Both the position numbers and the translations under genes were made by a program. Positions 16,472 to 26,615 of a DNA stretch of 64,000 nucleotides are shown here, piece after piece (positions within the stretch are counted from its first letter, which is position 1; every line of letters starts with the position of its first letter). This DNA comes from Candidatus Limnocylindrales bacterium (GTDB lineage: Bacteria > Verrucomicrobiota > Verrucomicrobiia > Limisphaerales > UBA8199): the NCBI GenBank assembly GCA_035495315.1, contig DATJGF010000229.1:105613-169612 (forward strand). The letters are read 5' to 3'. The notes beneath the pieces were generated by a model, which was given only the letters and a program-made list of their open reading frames with translations, ran no database searches and was not told where the DNA came from.

Positions 16472-17695
16472 ATGGCTACTGTTAAACCGTTTACTGCGCT
16501 GCGACCACGACCCGACCTCGCTGCTCAAATCTGTGAACTGCCCTATGATGTGATGTCTTCCGAGGAGGCTCGAATCCTCGCACAGGGCAATCCGCTCAGC
16601 TTTTTGCATGTCAGCAAGCCCGAGATCGATTTGCCGCCGGGAACGGACCTCTACTCTCCTGAGGTGTATGCCACCGGCAAAGAGAATTTTGGCCGCCTCA
16701 TTGGTCAAGGCGCTTTGCGGCAGGATTCTGAACCTTGCATTTACCTGTATCGTCAAATCATGGGAAATCACCAGCAGGTCGGGCTAGTGGCGGTTGCCAG
16801 TTGCCAGGAATATTTGCAGGGCGTCATCAAAAAGCACGAGTTCACCCGGCCCGATAAAGAGGACGACCGGGTGCGCCACATCGAAACACTGAACTCGCAG
16901 ACCGGGCCGGTATTCCTGGTTTATCGATCCAGCTCAGAGCTCACTCAGCTGCTCAAGAAAAGCATCGAGCAGCAACCGGATATAGATTTCACCGCAGTTG
17001 ATGGCGTGCGCCATTCCGCCTGGGTAATTCGCCAGCCAGATGTAACCGCTTCAATTCAAGCGCAGTTCGGAAGGATGCCCGCGCTTTACATCGCCGATGG
17101 CCACCACCGCTGCGCCGCCGCCGCTCGCGTATTTCAAACACGAAAGGGCACTGGAACCAGTGGTTTCTTTCTGTCGGTGATCTTTCCCCATGACCAGGTA
17201 CAAATCCTGCCCTACAACCGCGTCCTGAAAGATCTGAATGGGCTCTCCGCAGCCCAGTTGCTGGAGAAACTCGACGGCGTATTTATTTTACAATCGGCAG
17301 GCTCAGGTGGGGCACCCGCGCCAAAACGACAACATGAGCTTGGGCTTTACCTCGACGGCAAATGGCACACGTTGCATTTCCGCCCGCGCTTTACGGCCAC
17401 TTCAGACCCGATAGAAAAATTAGATGTGACCCTGCTGCAAAAGTATGTTTTGGATCCGATTTTCGGCATTGATGACCCACGCACCAGCAAGCGGTTGAAT
17501 TTTGTCGGCGGCATTCGCGGAGTGACGGAGCTCGAGAAACTGGTGAACAGCGGCGAATACGCCTGCGCCTTTGCCATGTGCCCAACCAGCATCGAAGAGT
17601 TGATGACGATCGCCGACGCGGGAGGAATTATGCCCCCCAAGAGCACCTGGTTCGAGCCTAAGCTGCGAGACGCGATGTTTTGCCATATGATCTGA
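16472..17695 (+). CDS. DUF1015 domain-containing protein
   Basis: Start at MATVKPFTALRPRPDLA (ATG 16472). ELPYDVMSSEEAR...NPLSFLHV...IADGHHR match DUF1015 hallmarks. Confidence 0.85.
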   Translation: MATVKPFTALRPRPDLAAQICELPYDVMSSEEARILAQGNPLSFLHVSKPEIDLPPGTDLYSPEVYATGKENFGRLIGQGALRQDSEPCIYLYRQIMGNHQQVGLVAVASCQEYLQGVIKKHEFTRPDKEDDRVRHIETLNSQTGPVFLVYRSSSELTQLLKKSIEQQPDIDFTAVDGVRHSAWVIRQPDVTASIQAQFGRMPALYIADGHHRCAAAARVFQTRKGTGTSGFFLSVIFPHDQVQILPYNRVLKDLNGLSAAQLLEKLDGVFILQSAGSGGAPAPKRQHELGLYLDGKWHTLHFRPRFTATSDPIEKLDVTLLQKYVLDPIFGIDDPRTSKRLNFVGGIRGVTELEKLVNSGEYACAFAMCPTSIEELMTIADAGGIMPPKSTWFEPKLRDAMFCHMI

Positions 17696-17730
17696 TCCGG
17701 GTCTGGAGTTTAGACATCAAGCTCGTTCGG

Positions 17731-18525
17731 TTAGAGCATCGAAGTAATCGAATCGAGGTGCAGCCACGCCGCCAGCCGGGAAGGGGTTTTTGCGGTATAA
17801 CCACAGAGTTCCTGCAATTCCGCGGGCAGGTTATTGGTTTTCAGCTTGGCAAACCCCACGCCGCCTTTCTCGGGTTGGAAACTGACCATGACTCCGTCAG
17901 ATTCGACCTTTTGAACCTTTACATTCAAGCACGCCTCCCCGCTGCGCGTGGTCATCTCGACCGAATGGCTGCGCTTGGCAGTCTGGATGAGTGCGAGATT
18001 TTTCTTCGCGATGCGAGAGCCTTGGTCGGCAGCCTTTGTGCACCAGCTAATCGCCGTGTCCAGGTTTTGTGGTATTCCCCCCAGACCCGTCGCGTATAGC
18101 ACTCCCAGTTCGTTCTGCGCGACCGAAAAATTTTGCGCCGCCGCCGTTTCAAGCCACTTCATGCCGGTCTTGCAATCACGGGTCGTACCCAGTCCTTTGA
18201 TATAAATCAGGCTGAGGGCGGTTTGCGCCTTGGCATTGCCCTGCTCGGCAGATTTCCGGATCAGCTTTATCGCCTCAGACCTGGTTTCCATCGTTTGGGC
18301 CCGGTCAAAACAGCGTTTGCCCAAAAGGTATTGTGCCTCGGCCTCGCCACGCTTGGCTCGGGCCACAACCATCGCTTGATCACAGTACCAGCAAACGCCC
18401 CCAGTAATGCAAAGCCCGACAAACAGGAACAGCAGGATACAAGTGAAGGTGTTCAGTGACTTGCGGCCCCGAGGCCGACCCGACCAGTTTTCGGTCTCAA
18501 AAGTTAAGCAATAGTTTTCTTTCAT
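17731..18525 (-). CDS. Sel1-repeat (TPR-like) membrane-anchored protein with a C-terminal beta domain
   Basis: 264 aa. TM ILLFLFVGLCITGGVCWY. Several Sel1 units are present (AEAQYLLG..., GNAKAQTALSLIY.KGLG..RD, AQNELGVLYATGLG). Confidence 0.8.
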   Translation of the reverse strand: MKENYCLTFETENWSGRPRGRKSLNTFTCILLFLFVGLCITGGVCWYCDQAMVVARAKRGEAEAQYLLGKRCFDRAQTMETRSEAIKLIRKSAEQGNAKAQTALSLIYIKGLGTTRDCKTGMKWLETAAAQNFSVAQNELGVLYATGLGGIPQNLDTAISWCTKAADQGSRIAKKNLALIQTAKRSHSVEMTTRSGEACLNVKVQKVESDGVMVSFQPEKGGVGFAKLKTNNLPAELQELCGYTAKTPSRLAAWLHLDSITSML

Positions 18526-18757
18526 ACGTTTGTATTTCTACGCTTCTGTCCGGATTATTGCTATCGGCCGAAGTACCAAATGAATTTCGGGTCATTCCTG
18601 GACATGGTCCCGTACTTTTAGGAAGCAAACTCCCGGGGAAACCCCGGGCAAAAGGGGCTGGAATTTCCCCCGTCAAACATGCGCGCGCAGGCCATCTTCG
18701 GCCGAATGTTGGGAAACTACTTGCAGCCCGGTATAATCAGAAAAGAACTCGGAGATA

Positions 18758-19138
18758 TTATTGCGGCGGAGAGGTATACACACGTGGTGGGCGCCCAAAG
18801 TCGCCCGTGGGGGTGTAGGGCGGCTGAAGTTGGTCATTTACCGCATCCACCCCGCTGGTATTTCTCACGATATCGTCAATCTGCCGCCGGACCTGCTCGC
18901 TGGGGACGTTGCCGCTCAATGTTACGGTCCCATTTTGCGCCGAGATCAGGACATCAGGTGCCGTGCTGGACAACTCAGCATTGCTGCTCAATTGCGCGCG
19001 CAGTTTGCGCTCCAGAGCCTGATCGGTATCGACCAGACCGTAATAGCGCGGTGGATGGCCTGCATACCCTCCCCGGTCCGCACAACCGGCAGCGAAGATA
19101 ATTGAAACTATCAGAAGCAAGCAGTTTGAAATTCTCAT
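18758..19138 (-). CDS. BON-domain lipoprotein
   Basis: 126 aa. Lipobox FAAGC. VLISAQNGTVTLSGNVPSEQVRRQIDDIVRNTSGVDAVNDQL is a BON domain. Confidence 0.8.
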   Translation of the reverse strand: MRISNCLLLIVSIIFAAGCADRGGYAGHPPRYYGLVDTDQALERKLRAQLSSNAELSSTAPDVLISAQNGTVTLSGNVPSEQVRRQIDDIVRNTSGVDAVNDQLQPPYTPTGDFGRPPRVYTSPPQ

Positions 19139-19318
19139 AATTCGAATCCGCTAAATAAAGACTCTGGCGAAGCGGTTTCGGGTTCCAGTAGGTGTTCTGC
19201 TCCTATCCAGCGAATACGATATGCTTTGCGGGAAAGCAACGGTTTGCCTTACCCTGTGCCTGGCCCTTGAGCAACTGACCACGCTGCTGCCTGATCGCCG
19301 AATTTAAATCTCCGCCGC

Positions 19319-20479
19319 ATGCCAATCGTACCTGAAGACTCTCCGGCTGATGGAAGCGCGCCGGCGCCCGACCGACCGGCCTTCCGCCCACGTCGGGCCG
19401 CCTCAGGTGGTACCACCCGACCGCGCGTCATGCTCAATCCGGAGGAGGCAGCCAAAATGGTTGAACGTCTGCGGAGTCTGTGTCTCACCAAAGGCGACGA
19501 GGTGACCGGGTTGGAAGCCGCTGCCCAGGCCTTGCGCCAGTCCGGCTACAAGCAAGAGCTCAGCCAGGTGTTGCGGGAAGCGATTTGGTGGCCGGAGAGT
19601 CATCCCCACGTTGGCGCGCTATGGATGCGCCGGCTGCTTTCCAGTAATAACTGGGACCGTCGATATCCAAAGACCATGGACCAACTCTGCCGGCAACACG
19701 GCGAGATCGGCCATCGCGCCGTGATCGAATTTCTCGGCACGGTCGCCGCCAAACACCGAGTCCCGCTCGTTCGAGAGGCGGTGCGGAAACACGGTCGGTG
19801 GCTGCGGAACGATCCGCAAGGTTGGGGCACCACGGCGCGGGCGCTGGTTGCCGTGCGACTGTATCACTGGGCCGCAAAATGGATGTCAGACTGGAGGCAG
19901 CGGGGACCCTTGGATCTACCAATGTTGCATTGCCTCGCGTTGGCATTGCGAGGTGCCGGCAGAGAACAACAGGCACAGGAAATTGTCGATCTGGCGCTGA
20001 CCAAACCGGACGTAAACCAGCAATTCTCCATTTTTCATCTCTGGCAGGCTCAGGAACAGGCCCTGGCAGGCAATACTTCGACTGCGGTCGCCCATTTCAA
20101 AGAAGTTCACCCCGAAGGTTGGGAGGATGATCCATTGGTGCTCTATTATCTCGTCCGAGGAGTCATTCGCGTCCAGCGCGGCGAAGGCAAGGTACGAACT
20201 GCTTCATTTTGGGCGGCCTATGACCGGGTCGGAGATCAATTAGGGCGCCGTCGCATTCACAAATCGGATATGATGTTGCGCCGTCAATATCGTCGCTGCA
20301 TGCAGCGCATGGCTCAGGACTCTGGCCAAACCTGGAGACGACTGCTAATCCCCTGGCGCAGCGCCGATTCTTGGAGCCTGACTGCTCCGCTGTTGCTCAT
20401 CCCAGGAATGCAACTGCTCTTGCCGCTCTATTTGCTGCGGCTCTGTACCAATCGCCGAGGGCAGATGAAGCGAAACTGA
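19319..20479 (+). CDS. hypothetical all-helical protein with a C-terminal TM segment
   Basis: 386-aa ORF with no motif I recognise. The N-terminus is Pro/Arg-rich, so the true start may be the internal M at aa 38. C-terminal hydrophobic segment: LTAPLLLIPGMQLLLPLYLL. Confidence 0.5.
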   Translation: MPIVPEDSPADGSAPAPDRPAFRPRRAASGGTTRPRVMLNPEEAAKMVERLRSLCLTKGDEVTGLEAAAQALRQSGYKQELSQVLREAIWWPESHPHVGALWMRRLLSSNNWDRRYPKTMDQLCRQHGEIGHRAVIEFLGTVAAKHRVPLVREAVRKHGRWLRNDPQGWGTTARALVAVRLYHWAAKWMSDWRQRGPLDLPMLHCLALALRGAGREQQAQEIVDLALTKPDVNQQFSIFHLWQAQEQALAGNTSTAVAHFKEVHPEGWEDDPLVLYYLVRGVIRVQRGEGKVRTASFWAAYDRVGDQLGRRRIHKSDMMLRRQYRRCMQRMAQDSGQTWRRLLIPWRSADSWSLTAPLLLIPGMQLLLPLYLLRLCTNRRGQMKRN

Positions 20480-20612
20480 ATATCCGAAACCCGGAAGTCG
20501 AAATCCGAAAACAAATTCAAACCTCCAAATTTAAAACGGCGAACAGATTGGTGGTTTAAATTCTTTTGAATCAGGTTGGTTTCGGGCTTCGAGTTTCGGA
20601 TTTCGGATTTTA
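20480..20612. repeat. CGAAATCCGAAA-family long imperfect palindrome, copy 1, at a convergent junction
   Basis: Left arm ATATCCGAAACCCGGAAGTCGAAATCCGAAAAC (20480-20512). Right arm GTTTCGGGCTTCGAGTTTCGGATTTCGGATTT (20579-20610). Inner pairing AATTTAAA/TTTAAATT. Confidence 0.7.
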
Positions 20613-21989
20613 TTCTGCCGGCTTTATCTCAAAGTGGTGAGACTTGGGCTTTCGCAACGCATCAATGCGGCCTTCTGCCTCGGCGATCCCCTGGTCGAGC
20701 CGCGACAATTCCGTGGAACGCTTCGCCTCGACCTCAGCCGATTGCGCCCATTGCGGAAACGCAAACAGCTGGACACTGCGCCACCGGTCGAAAAACAAAT
20801 TATTCTTTTGAAATACTTGAGCGAGAACGTCGCGGGCTTGCTTTGTAATCGGCCCTGCGCGGTTGGCCAGATTGCACGCCTTGGCAAGCTCCTCAGAAGT
20901 CACCCGGGCTGCCTTTTCTCCATCGATCGTAATCGTGTAACTCCGTGTCGGCAGGCCGCTCACCTGCAATTCATAACGATCTAAGTCGTCCATTATCGGG
21001 GCCAAACTAAGCGCCGGCTCGGCTCGTTCATCGATCGGCATCGGCAAGGCTTCATCGAGCCGATCGAAGCTGATGTTCGCACTATCAATTTTCAGATTTT
21101 CGACGCGACAGCCTTCTGCGGCTGCGACCTTTTTCGCTGTACAATCGAGCACAACCCGGGACACCATGGGCGACGCGCCCAAACCTTTCAGCACAGCCCA
21201 AGCCATTACAGTGTGTCCAATCGGGCCCGGATGGACCGCGTCACCGCCACCCACCATGCGATCCGGGTTGCCGGTCCGCTCGCGCAAAAGCATTGTCATA
21301 TAGGGATCGAACTGATCGACAAACGCGGCCCCCTCTTTCTCCGCAACCTCGCGCAGACCGTCGGAGAATTTCCGCAATGACTGATTGCGGGCGTCTTTAT
21401 CCGGATCCGGACGCTTATCCTCAATCGGCTGCGGCGTCAGGAACGCGACTCGCGCGCCGTTGGCTTTCAGGTCTTCGGCGATCTGCTTCTGGCTGCGAAC
21501 ATACGCTTTGAAAATATCCTCACGGAATGGCTGATACGAATGATCGTTCATGCCAAACTTGACCGTGACAAATGTTGGTTTCAGAGGCAGCACGTCGCGT
21601 TTCAACCCGCGGCGGACCGAGTCTTCCACCATTTGTTGCTGATTCGCTTCATCGGCCGCGAATAGTTTTGCCTCATCGGGATGAGCGCGTTGCCGCAACC
21701 AGGAAGTATCTCCTCCCCAGCCGACGTTACGGAACGTGAGCTTCCATTCCGGGTGCCGAGTCAGAGCATAAGCTTCTATGTAGGTCGTATAGAGCCGCTG
21801 CTCAGTAATACTGTCCCCGAGGAACACGACTCGATCCCCATCATGGATCAAAAAATCGGCGCTGGTCGCGGCGTTGCTAACCAGGAGCGCGAGTAAAAGA
21901 GGCCAGCAAAGCTTTTTGCAGGAAGTGAAGGAAGCGTTCATCGCGCGTGAGCTTAAGCAAGTCAACGCGGCGGCGGCAAGCCCGGACAT
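20610..21989 (-). CDS. SGNH/GDSL-family hydrolase, secreted
   Basis: 459 aa (alternative start MNASF at 21941). VVFLGDSITEQ (block I Ser), NVGWGGDT (block II) and DAVHPGPIGH (block V) are present. The C-terminal half is of unknown function. Confidence 0.8.
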   Translation of the reverse strand: MSGLAAAALTCLSSRAMNASFTSCKKLCWPLLLALLVSNAATSADFLIHDGDRVVFLGDSITEQRLYTTYIEAYALTRHPEWKLTFRNVGWGGDTSWLRQRAHPDEAKLFAADEANQQQMVEDSVRRGLKRDVLPLKPTFVTVKFGMNDHSYQPFREDIFKAYVRSQKQIAEDLKANGARVAFLTPQPIEDKRPDPDKDARNQSLRKFSDGLREVAEKEGAAFVDQFDPYMTMLLRERTGNPDRMVGGGDAVHPGPIGHTVMAWAVLKGLGASPMVSRVVLDCTAKKVAAAEGCRVENLKIDSANISFDRLDEALPMPIDERAEPALSLAPIMDDLDRYELQVSGLPTRSYTITIDGEKAARVTSEELAKACNLANRAGPITKQARDVLAQVFQKNNLFFDRWRSVQLFAFPQWAQSAEVEAKRSTELSRLDQGIAEAEGRIDALRKPKSHHFEIKPAE

Positions 21990-22089
21990 TTCCCGGAGGA
22001 GGTGGCGCTGCCGGCTCGGTTGAGATTGACTAACCCGGCGGCATCAGGATACTTCGAATCAGTAGATGATTGATTCAGAATAAGACCTA

Positions 22090-22878
22090 ATGAGCACGAT
22101 TACTAATGCGAAAAACTCCGCCTTCACGCTCATCGAGTTGCTCGTGGTCGTCGCAATCATCGCGATCCTCGCCGGACTGCTGCTGCCGGCCTTGTCCCGC
22201 GCCCGGCTCGGCGCCCAAGCCACCGCGTGCGGCAACAACATTAAGCAATTCGCCACCGCATGGCTCATCTACTGCGACGACAACCAGGGTGTGCTGGTAA
22301 ATAATTCCAGCTCGGCCGATACGCGCACTTATCGCCAAAGCTGGGTCAATAATATCCAAGACTGGGGCACCAGCGAAGAGAACACGAATGTCGATTACGT
22401 TTTATCGGGCAAATTGGCCCCTTACGTGAGCAACAATCTGCGCATTTATAAGTGCCCATCGGACCAATCCGCGGCGCAAAACGGACCACGGCTCAGAAGC
22501 GTTTCGCTTAATTCGCTGGTCGGCGACCCGCTCATCAATCCAAATCGTTTTAATCCAAACTGGCTGCAGTTTATAAAAATCAGCCAATTCCCGCGACCGG
22601 CTAATTACTATGTTTTCATTGAGGAACACCCCGACACGATCAACGACGGCTATTTCATGAATCAATGGGACGAGATCAAATGGGGAAACCTGCCGGCATC
22701 ATATCATCATGGCGCGGCCAACCTTTCGTGGGCCGATGGGCACATTGAACGGCATCAGTGGTCAGCCAACACGATACGACCAGCGCTTAAGGGCGGCGCC
22801 GGAGGCGGATTTGTCCCCACCCCGCCCGACGATTATCTCTGGTTGCGAGAGCGAACCAGCGTAAAGCTCACTCCTTAA
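22090..22878 (+). CDS. prepilin-type N-terminal cleavage/methylation domain protein (H-X9-DG type pseudopilin-like)
   Basis: [26 protein letters not shown]-methylation motif. Near the C-terminus is [14 protein letters not shown] (H-X9-DG). Confidence 0.85.
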   Translation: MSTITNAKNSAFTLIELLVVVAIIAILAGLLLPALSRARLGAQATACGNNIKQFATAWLIYCDDNQGVLVNNSSSADTRTYRQSWVNNIQDWGTSEENTNVDYVLSGKLAPYVSNNLRIYKCPSDQSAAQNGPRLRSVSLNSLVGDPLINPNRFNPNWLQFIKISQFPRPANYYVFIEEHPDTINDGYFMNQWDEIKWGNLPASYHHGAANLSWADGHIERHQWSANTIRPALKGGAGGGFVPTPPDDYLWLRERTSVKLTP

Positions 22879-22896
22879 CCCTAGGCTATTGGATAA

Positions 22897-22987
22897 GTCA
22901 CTTTGTCGCGCACTTTATCTCCTCACTTTGTCGAACATCACCAAAAAGGTCAGACCCGACAAGTGGGAAAGGGTAAAGGCAAAGTGA
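22897..22987. repeat. cluster of five CACTTTG-type motifs in both orientations
   Basis: GTCACTTTGTCG 22897-22908, GCACTTTATCT 22910-22920 and CTCACTTTGTCG 22922-22933 are direct. CGACAAGTG 22957-22965 and GCAAAGTGA 22979-22987 are inverted. The cluster lies between the prepilin-like gene and the LOG gene. Confidence 0.45.
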
Positions 22988-23149
22988 AGCGGACGGAACC
23001 AACAGCGTTTAGCTAACACTGGTGGCATCGGCTGGTAAGTGCGCCGAGGCTGCGTTGGAGCAAGACACTGCCAAACTCGCAAGCGAGGACGCTCGCGTTA
23101 CTTGGAGCCCTCCCCTTGTCAGGACCGACAAGATTGCTATGCTCCGCGA

Positions 23150-23833
23150 GTGAATAACAACACCAACATCAGCTTTATCAAGGAAGATCCCTGGCGTGTT
23201 TTCCGAATCATGGCGGAATTTGTCGATTCCTTCGAAGTCCTGTCCCAAGTGGGGCCAGGAGTGACCGTTTTTGGGTCGGCGCGCACGTCGCGAAAAGACC
23301 ACTATTACCATGCGACCGTGGAATTGGCGAAAGGTCTCGCAAAACACAACCTGGCGATCATCACCGGCGGTGGTCCGGGTGTGATGGAGGCCGCTAACAA
23401 AGGCGCCTGGCTCGCCAAAGGCAAGTCGGTAGGCCTTAACATCGAATTACCCCACGAGCAGATGGGTAATCGATATGCGAACATTCCCATTCATTTTCAT
23501 TATTTCTTTTCACGCAAAGTCTGCTTCGTGAAGTACAGCATTGGCTTTGTCTTTATGCCCGGCGGCTTCGGCACCCTCGACGAATTCTTCGAAATTGCCA
23601 CCCTCGTGCAAACCCGGCGCATTCCACGCTACCCGCTCATTCTGTTCGGGAAAAAGCATTGGAAAGGCTTGCTGGAATGGATGAATGAGCGCCTGGAGGA
23701 AAATGGCTTCATCAGTCCTGGCGACTTGGAATTGGTGACACTGACCGACGACCCGCAACAGGCGATCGATCTTATTTTGGACTACGAACGTCGAATTGGC
23801 CCACCGGAGATCGTCCCCAAGGCATTTGCTTGA
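23150..23833 (+). CDS. LOG-family (TIGR00730) nucleotide/cytokinin riboside 5'-monophosphate phosphoribohydrolase
   Basis: VTVFGSARTSRKDHYY, IITGGGPGVMEAANKGA and PGGFGTLDEFFE match the family. The start is uncertain: GTG 23150 was chosen, while the track ORF starts at GTG 23039. Confidence 0.85.
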   Translation: MNNNTNISFIKEDPWRVFRIMAEFVDSFEVLSQVGPGVTVFGSARTSRKDHYYHATVELAKGLAKHNLAIITGGGPGVMEAANKGAWLAKGKSVGLNIELPHEQMGNRYANIPIHFHYFFSRKVCFVKYSIGFVFMPGGFGTLDEFFEIATLVQTRRIPRYPLILFGKKHWKGLLEWMNERLEENGFISPGDLELVTLTDDPQQAIDLILDYERRIGPPEIVPKAFA

Positions 23834-23871
23834 AGATTGCGACAAAGGCCTGACCATCGCATCGCCTGTAC

Positions 23872-25137
23872 ATGTACCACGTCACGCAGCTGAAAAATGG
23901 CCTAAGGGTTGCCACCGCGTCGATGCCGCACATGCTCAGCGTGAGCGTCGGAATCTGGGTCAATGTTGGGTCACGTTATGAACCCACGCCTCTGAATGGC
24001 GCTTGCCATTTCATCGAACATCTCCTCTTTAAAGGCACCAAGAAAAGATCAGCCAAAGAAATTTCGCAAGCCGTCGAAGGCATCGGCGGATACCTGAACG
24101 CCTTCACCAGTGAGGAAACGACCTGCTTTCACGCACGCGCGGGGCACCAGCATTTCGGCGAGTTGCTCGATGTGCTGATGGACATGATGCTACATTCTCA
24201 ATTCGCCAGCGCGGAAATCGCCAAAGAACGCGAGGTCATTAAAGAAGAAATGGCGATGTACCTGGATGAACCTCAACATCACGTTCAGGAGTTGCTTAAT
24301 GCCACCCTTTGGCCGGAGCAATCGTTGGGCCGACCCATCACCGGCACGGCGGAAACCCTCGATTCCCTCAACCGATCGATGCTGCTGAATTACCTGCGGC
24401 AATATTATGTCGCAGAGGCCACGCTGATCGTGGTCACGGGAAGGATTAAGCATGCTCAAGCGGTGCGCGCGGTTGAGCGGTATGCGTCCCATTTTGCGCG
24501 TACGACCCGCCCCTCCCATGCCCCGGCGCGTGAAGAACAGTCGACGCCCCGGCTGCGCCTGTTTACCAAACAAACCGAACAGACGCAAATCGCCCTCGGC
24601 GTCCGCACCTGTTCCCGTCTGGACGAGCGCCGGTACCCTCTGCGGTTGCTGAATACGATTTTGGGCGAGAATATGAGCTCGCGCCTGTTCCAAATCCTCC
24701 GCGAAGACTGCGGTCTCGCCTATTCCATTTACAGCACCCCAAGTTTCTTCAGTGACACCGGTGACCTGGTTATCTCCGCGGGATTGGATACCGACAACGT
24801 GCCCAAGGCACTTCGTCTGGTGCTGCGCGAACTAAGCAGACTAACTGAGGTCCCCGTCACCGCAGCGGAACTCCGCCGGGCGCGCGACTATGTATTCGGC
24901 CAAATTGATTTGGGCCGGGAGAGCACGGATAATCAGATGAACTGGATCGGCGAGCAGGTCCTTGCTTACAACAGGATTTACTCCCCAACGGAGGTCAAGC
25001 GCCGCCTGGCTTCAGTTACGGCGGCTGACATTCGCGCAGTTGCTGGTGATTTCTTCCGATCCGAACGGCTCAGCCTCGCCCTGGTCAGCCCTATGAAATC
25101 CGACCGCTCGCTTCAGTCAATTCTTCGGTTGGCATGA
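23872..25137 (+). CDS. M16-family zinc peptidase (insulinase/pitrilysin-like)
   Basis: 421 aa. Inverted zinc motif HFIEHLLFKGT, plus the downstream E of EREVIKEE. Confidence 0.9.
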   Translation: MYHVTQLKNGLRVATASMPHMLSVSVGIWVNVGSRYEPTPLNGACHFIEHLLFKGTKKRSAKEISQAVEGIGGYLNAFTSEETTCFHARAGHQHFGELLDVLMDMMLHSQFASAEIAKEREVIKEEMAMYLDEPQHHVQELLNATLWPEQSLGRPITGTAETLDSLNRSMLLNYLRQYYVAEATLIVVTGRIKHAQAVRAVERYASHFARTTRPSHAPAREEQSTPRLRLFTKQTEQTQIALGVRTCSRLDERRYPLRLLNTILGENMSSRLFQILREDCGLAYSIYSTPSFFSDTGDLVISAGLDTDNVPKALRLVLRELSRLTEVPVTAAELRRARDYVFGQIDLGRESTDNQMNWIGEQVLAYNRIYSPTEVKRRLASVTAADIRAVAGDFFRSERLSLALVSPMKSDRSLQSILRLA

Positions 25138-26615
25138 GCTGCTTACTAGTCCAGGAAGTTGCGACGGAGTTGACCCCGGAACGGTTGGCGGAACAATTCC
25201 GCTTTGAACCGGGCATGATGCTATTGCGGACGGCGTTGTTTGAATCGGCACGTGATCGCTACTCGTTCCTGACCCTCCGACCGATTCTGACCTTCCGCAG
25301 CTTCGGCTCGCGTTGTGAGATAGAATCCTCCACTGGCCATTTGGTCCAGTTCGGCAATCCATGGCTCCTGCTGGCCCAATGGATGTCCCGTTATGAGTTG
25401 CTCGATGATCTCGATCTGCCATTCCCCTTGGGTGGCTGTTTCGGGTATTGGGGCTACGATTTGAAGAATTTCACCGAACCTAAGCTCAAGCGCGGCGCCA
25501 GAAACGAGCTTGAATTGCCGGATTGCTACCTGGGTTTTTACGCCAGCCTCCTGGCGATCGATCAGCAGCTTGGAAAGAGTTGGATTATATCGACCGGGCT
25601 GGCGCCGGATGGATCACGCAGCGAGGCGCAGGCCCAGCGCGATCTGGCCTGGTGGCAAAGCCAACTCGGCAATCAGGCGCGTCCACCGTCGCTCGAGCCT
25701 AGAAGTGACCAGGACTTCTGGTCCGAATATCGCACCGCGCCTTTAGTGTCCGATTGCTCCCGTGATGAGTTTATCCGACGCGTCAAAAGGGCCCAGAATT
25801 ATATCCGCGCCGGCGACATTTACCAGGTGAACCTTTCGCACCGGCTGCAGATGCGCCGCCCAGTCGCTGGTTGGCAACTCTTTAATCGACTAACGTCTCT
25901 GTCGCCGGCGCCTTTCGCGGCTTTTCTGAACTGCGGCGATTTCCAGATCGTCTCTTCATCTCCAGAGCTTTTCTTGCGCATGAGCGGCGCGCAGATACAA
26001 ACACGGCCAATTAAAGGAACGCGCCCCCGCTCCGAATGCGCAACCCGCGACGCGCAACTCGCTTATGAATTGCAGACGAGCGCCAAAGAAACGGCCGAGT
26101 TGGTCATGATCACAGACCTGCTTCGGAATGATTTGGGCAAAGTTTGTGAGTTTGGTTCGGTCCACACGCCGGAATTGGTCCGCCTCGAACGGTACCCCCA
26201 GGTCCAACACCTTGTCTCTACCGTCCAGGGCCGTTTGCGGCCTGAAGTCGACCATTTAACCGCGCTGGCATCTTGTTTTCCAGGAGGCAGCATCACCGGC
26301 GCTCCCAAGTTTCGCGCGATGGAAATTATTGATGAACTTGAACGGACAGCCCGCGGGCCGTATACCGGGGCTCTTGGCTATCTCGGATTCAACCGCGAAA
26401 CTCAATTGAGCATGACCATACGGACCGCGATTTGCAAACGCGGGGCGGTTTACTTTCCGGTAGGAGCGGGAATCGTTGCGGACTCCAACCCAGAGGCCGA
26501 ATATGAGGAGACCCTTGTCAAGGCTCGCGGGTTTTTTGCAGCGCTTGGCCTTGGCATAAATTCCCTCCAGCCCTGCCCGCTTGGCCCGGAAGAAGTATTT
26601 GGCCCTGGTTCATGA
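25134..26615 (+). CDS. pabB: aminodeoxychorismate synthase component I (chorismate-binding enzyme)
   Basis: 493 aa. SPELFLR, PIKGTRPR, GGSITGAPK and RGPYTGALGY are present. The start overlaps the peptidase stop (ATGA), and the next gene is a class IV aminotransferase-fold gene. Confidence 0.85.
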   Translation: MSCLLVQEVATELTPERLAEQFRFEPGMMLLRTALFESARDRYSFLTLRPILTFRSFGSRCEIESSTGHLVQFGNPWLLLAQWMSRYELLDDLDLPFPLGGCFGYWGYDLKNFTEPKLKRGARNELELPDCYLGFYASLLAIDQQLGKSWIISTGLAPDGSRSEAQAQRDLAWWQSQLGNQARPPSLEPRSDQDFWSEYRTAPLVSDCSRDEFIRRVKRAQNYIRAGDIYQVNLSHRLQMRRPVAGWQLFNRLTSLSPAPFAAFLNCGDFQIVSSSPELFLRMSGAQIQTRPIKGTRPRSECATRDAQLAYELQTSAKETAELVMITDLLRNDLGKVCEFGSVHTPELVRLERYPQVQHLVSTVQGRLRPEVDHLTALASCFPGGSITGAPKFRAMEIIDELERTARGPYTGALGYLGFNRETQLSMTIRTAICKRGAVYFPVGAGIVADSNPEAEYEETLVKARGFFAALGLGINSLQPCPLGPEEVFGPGS

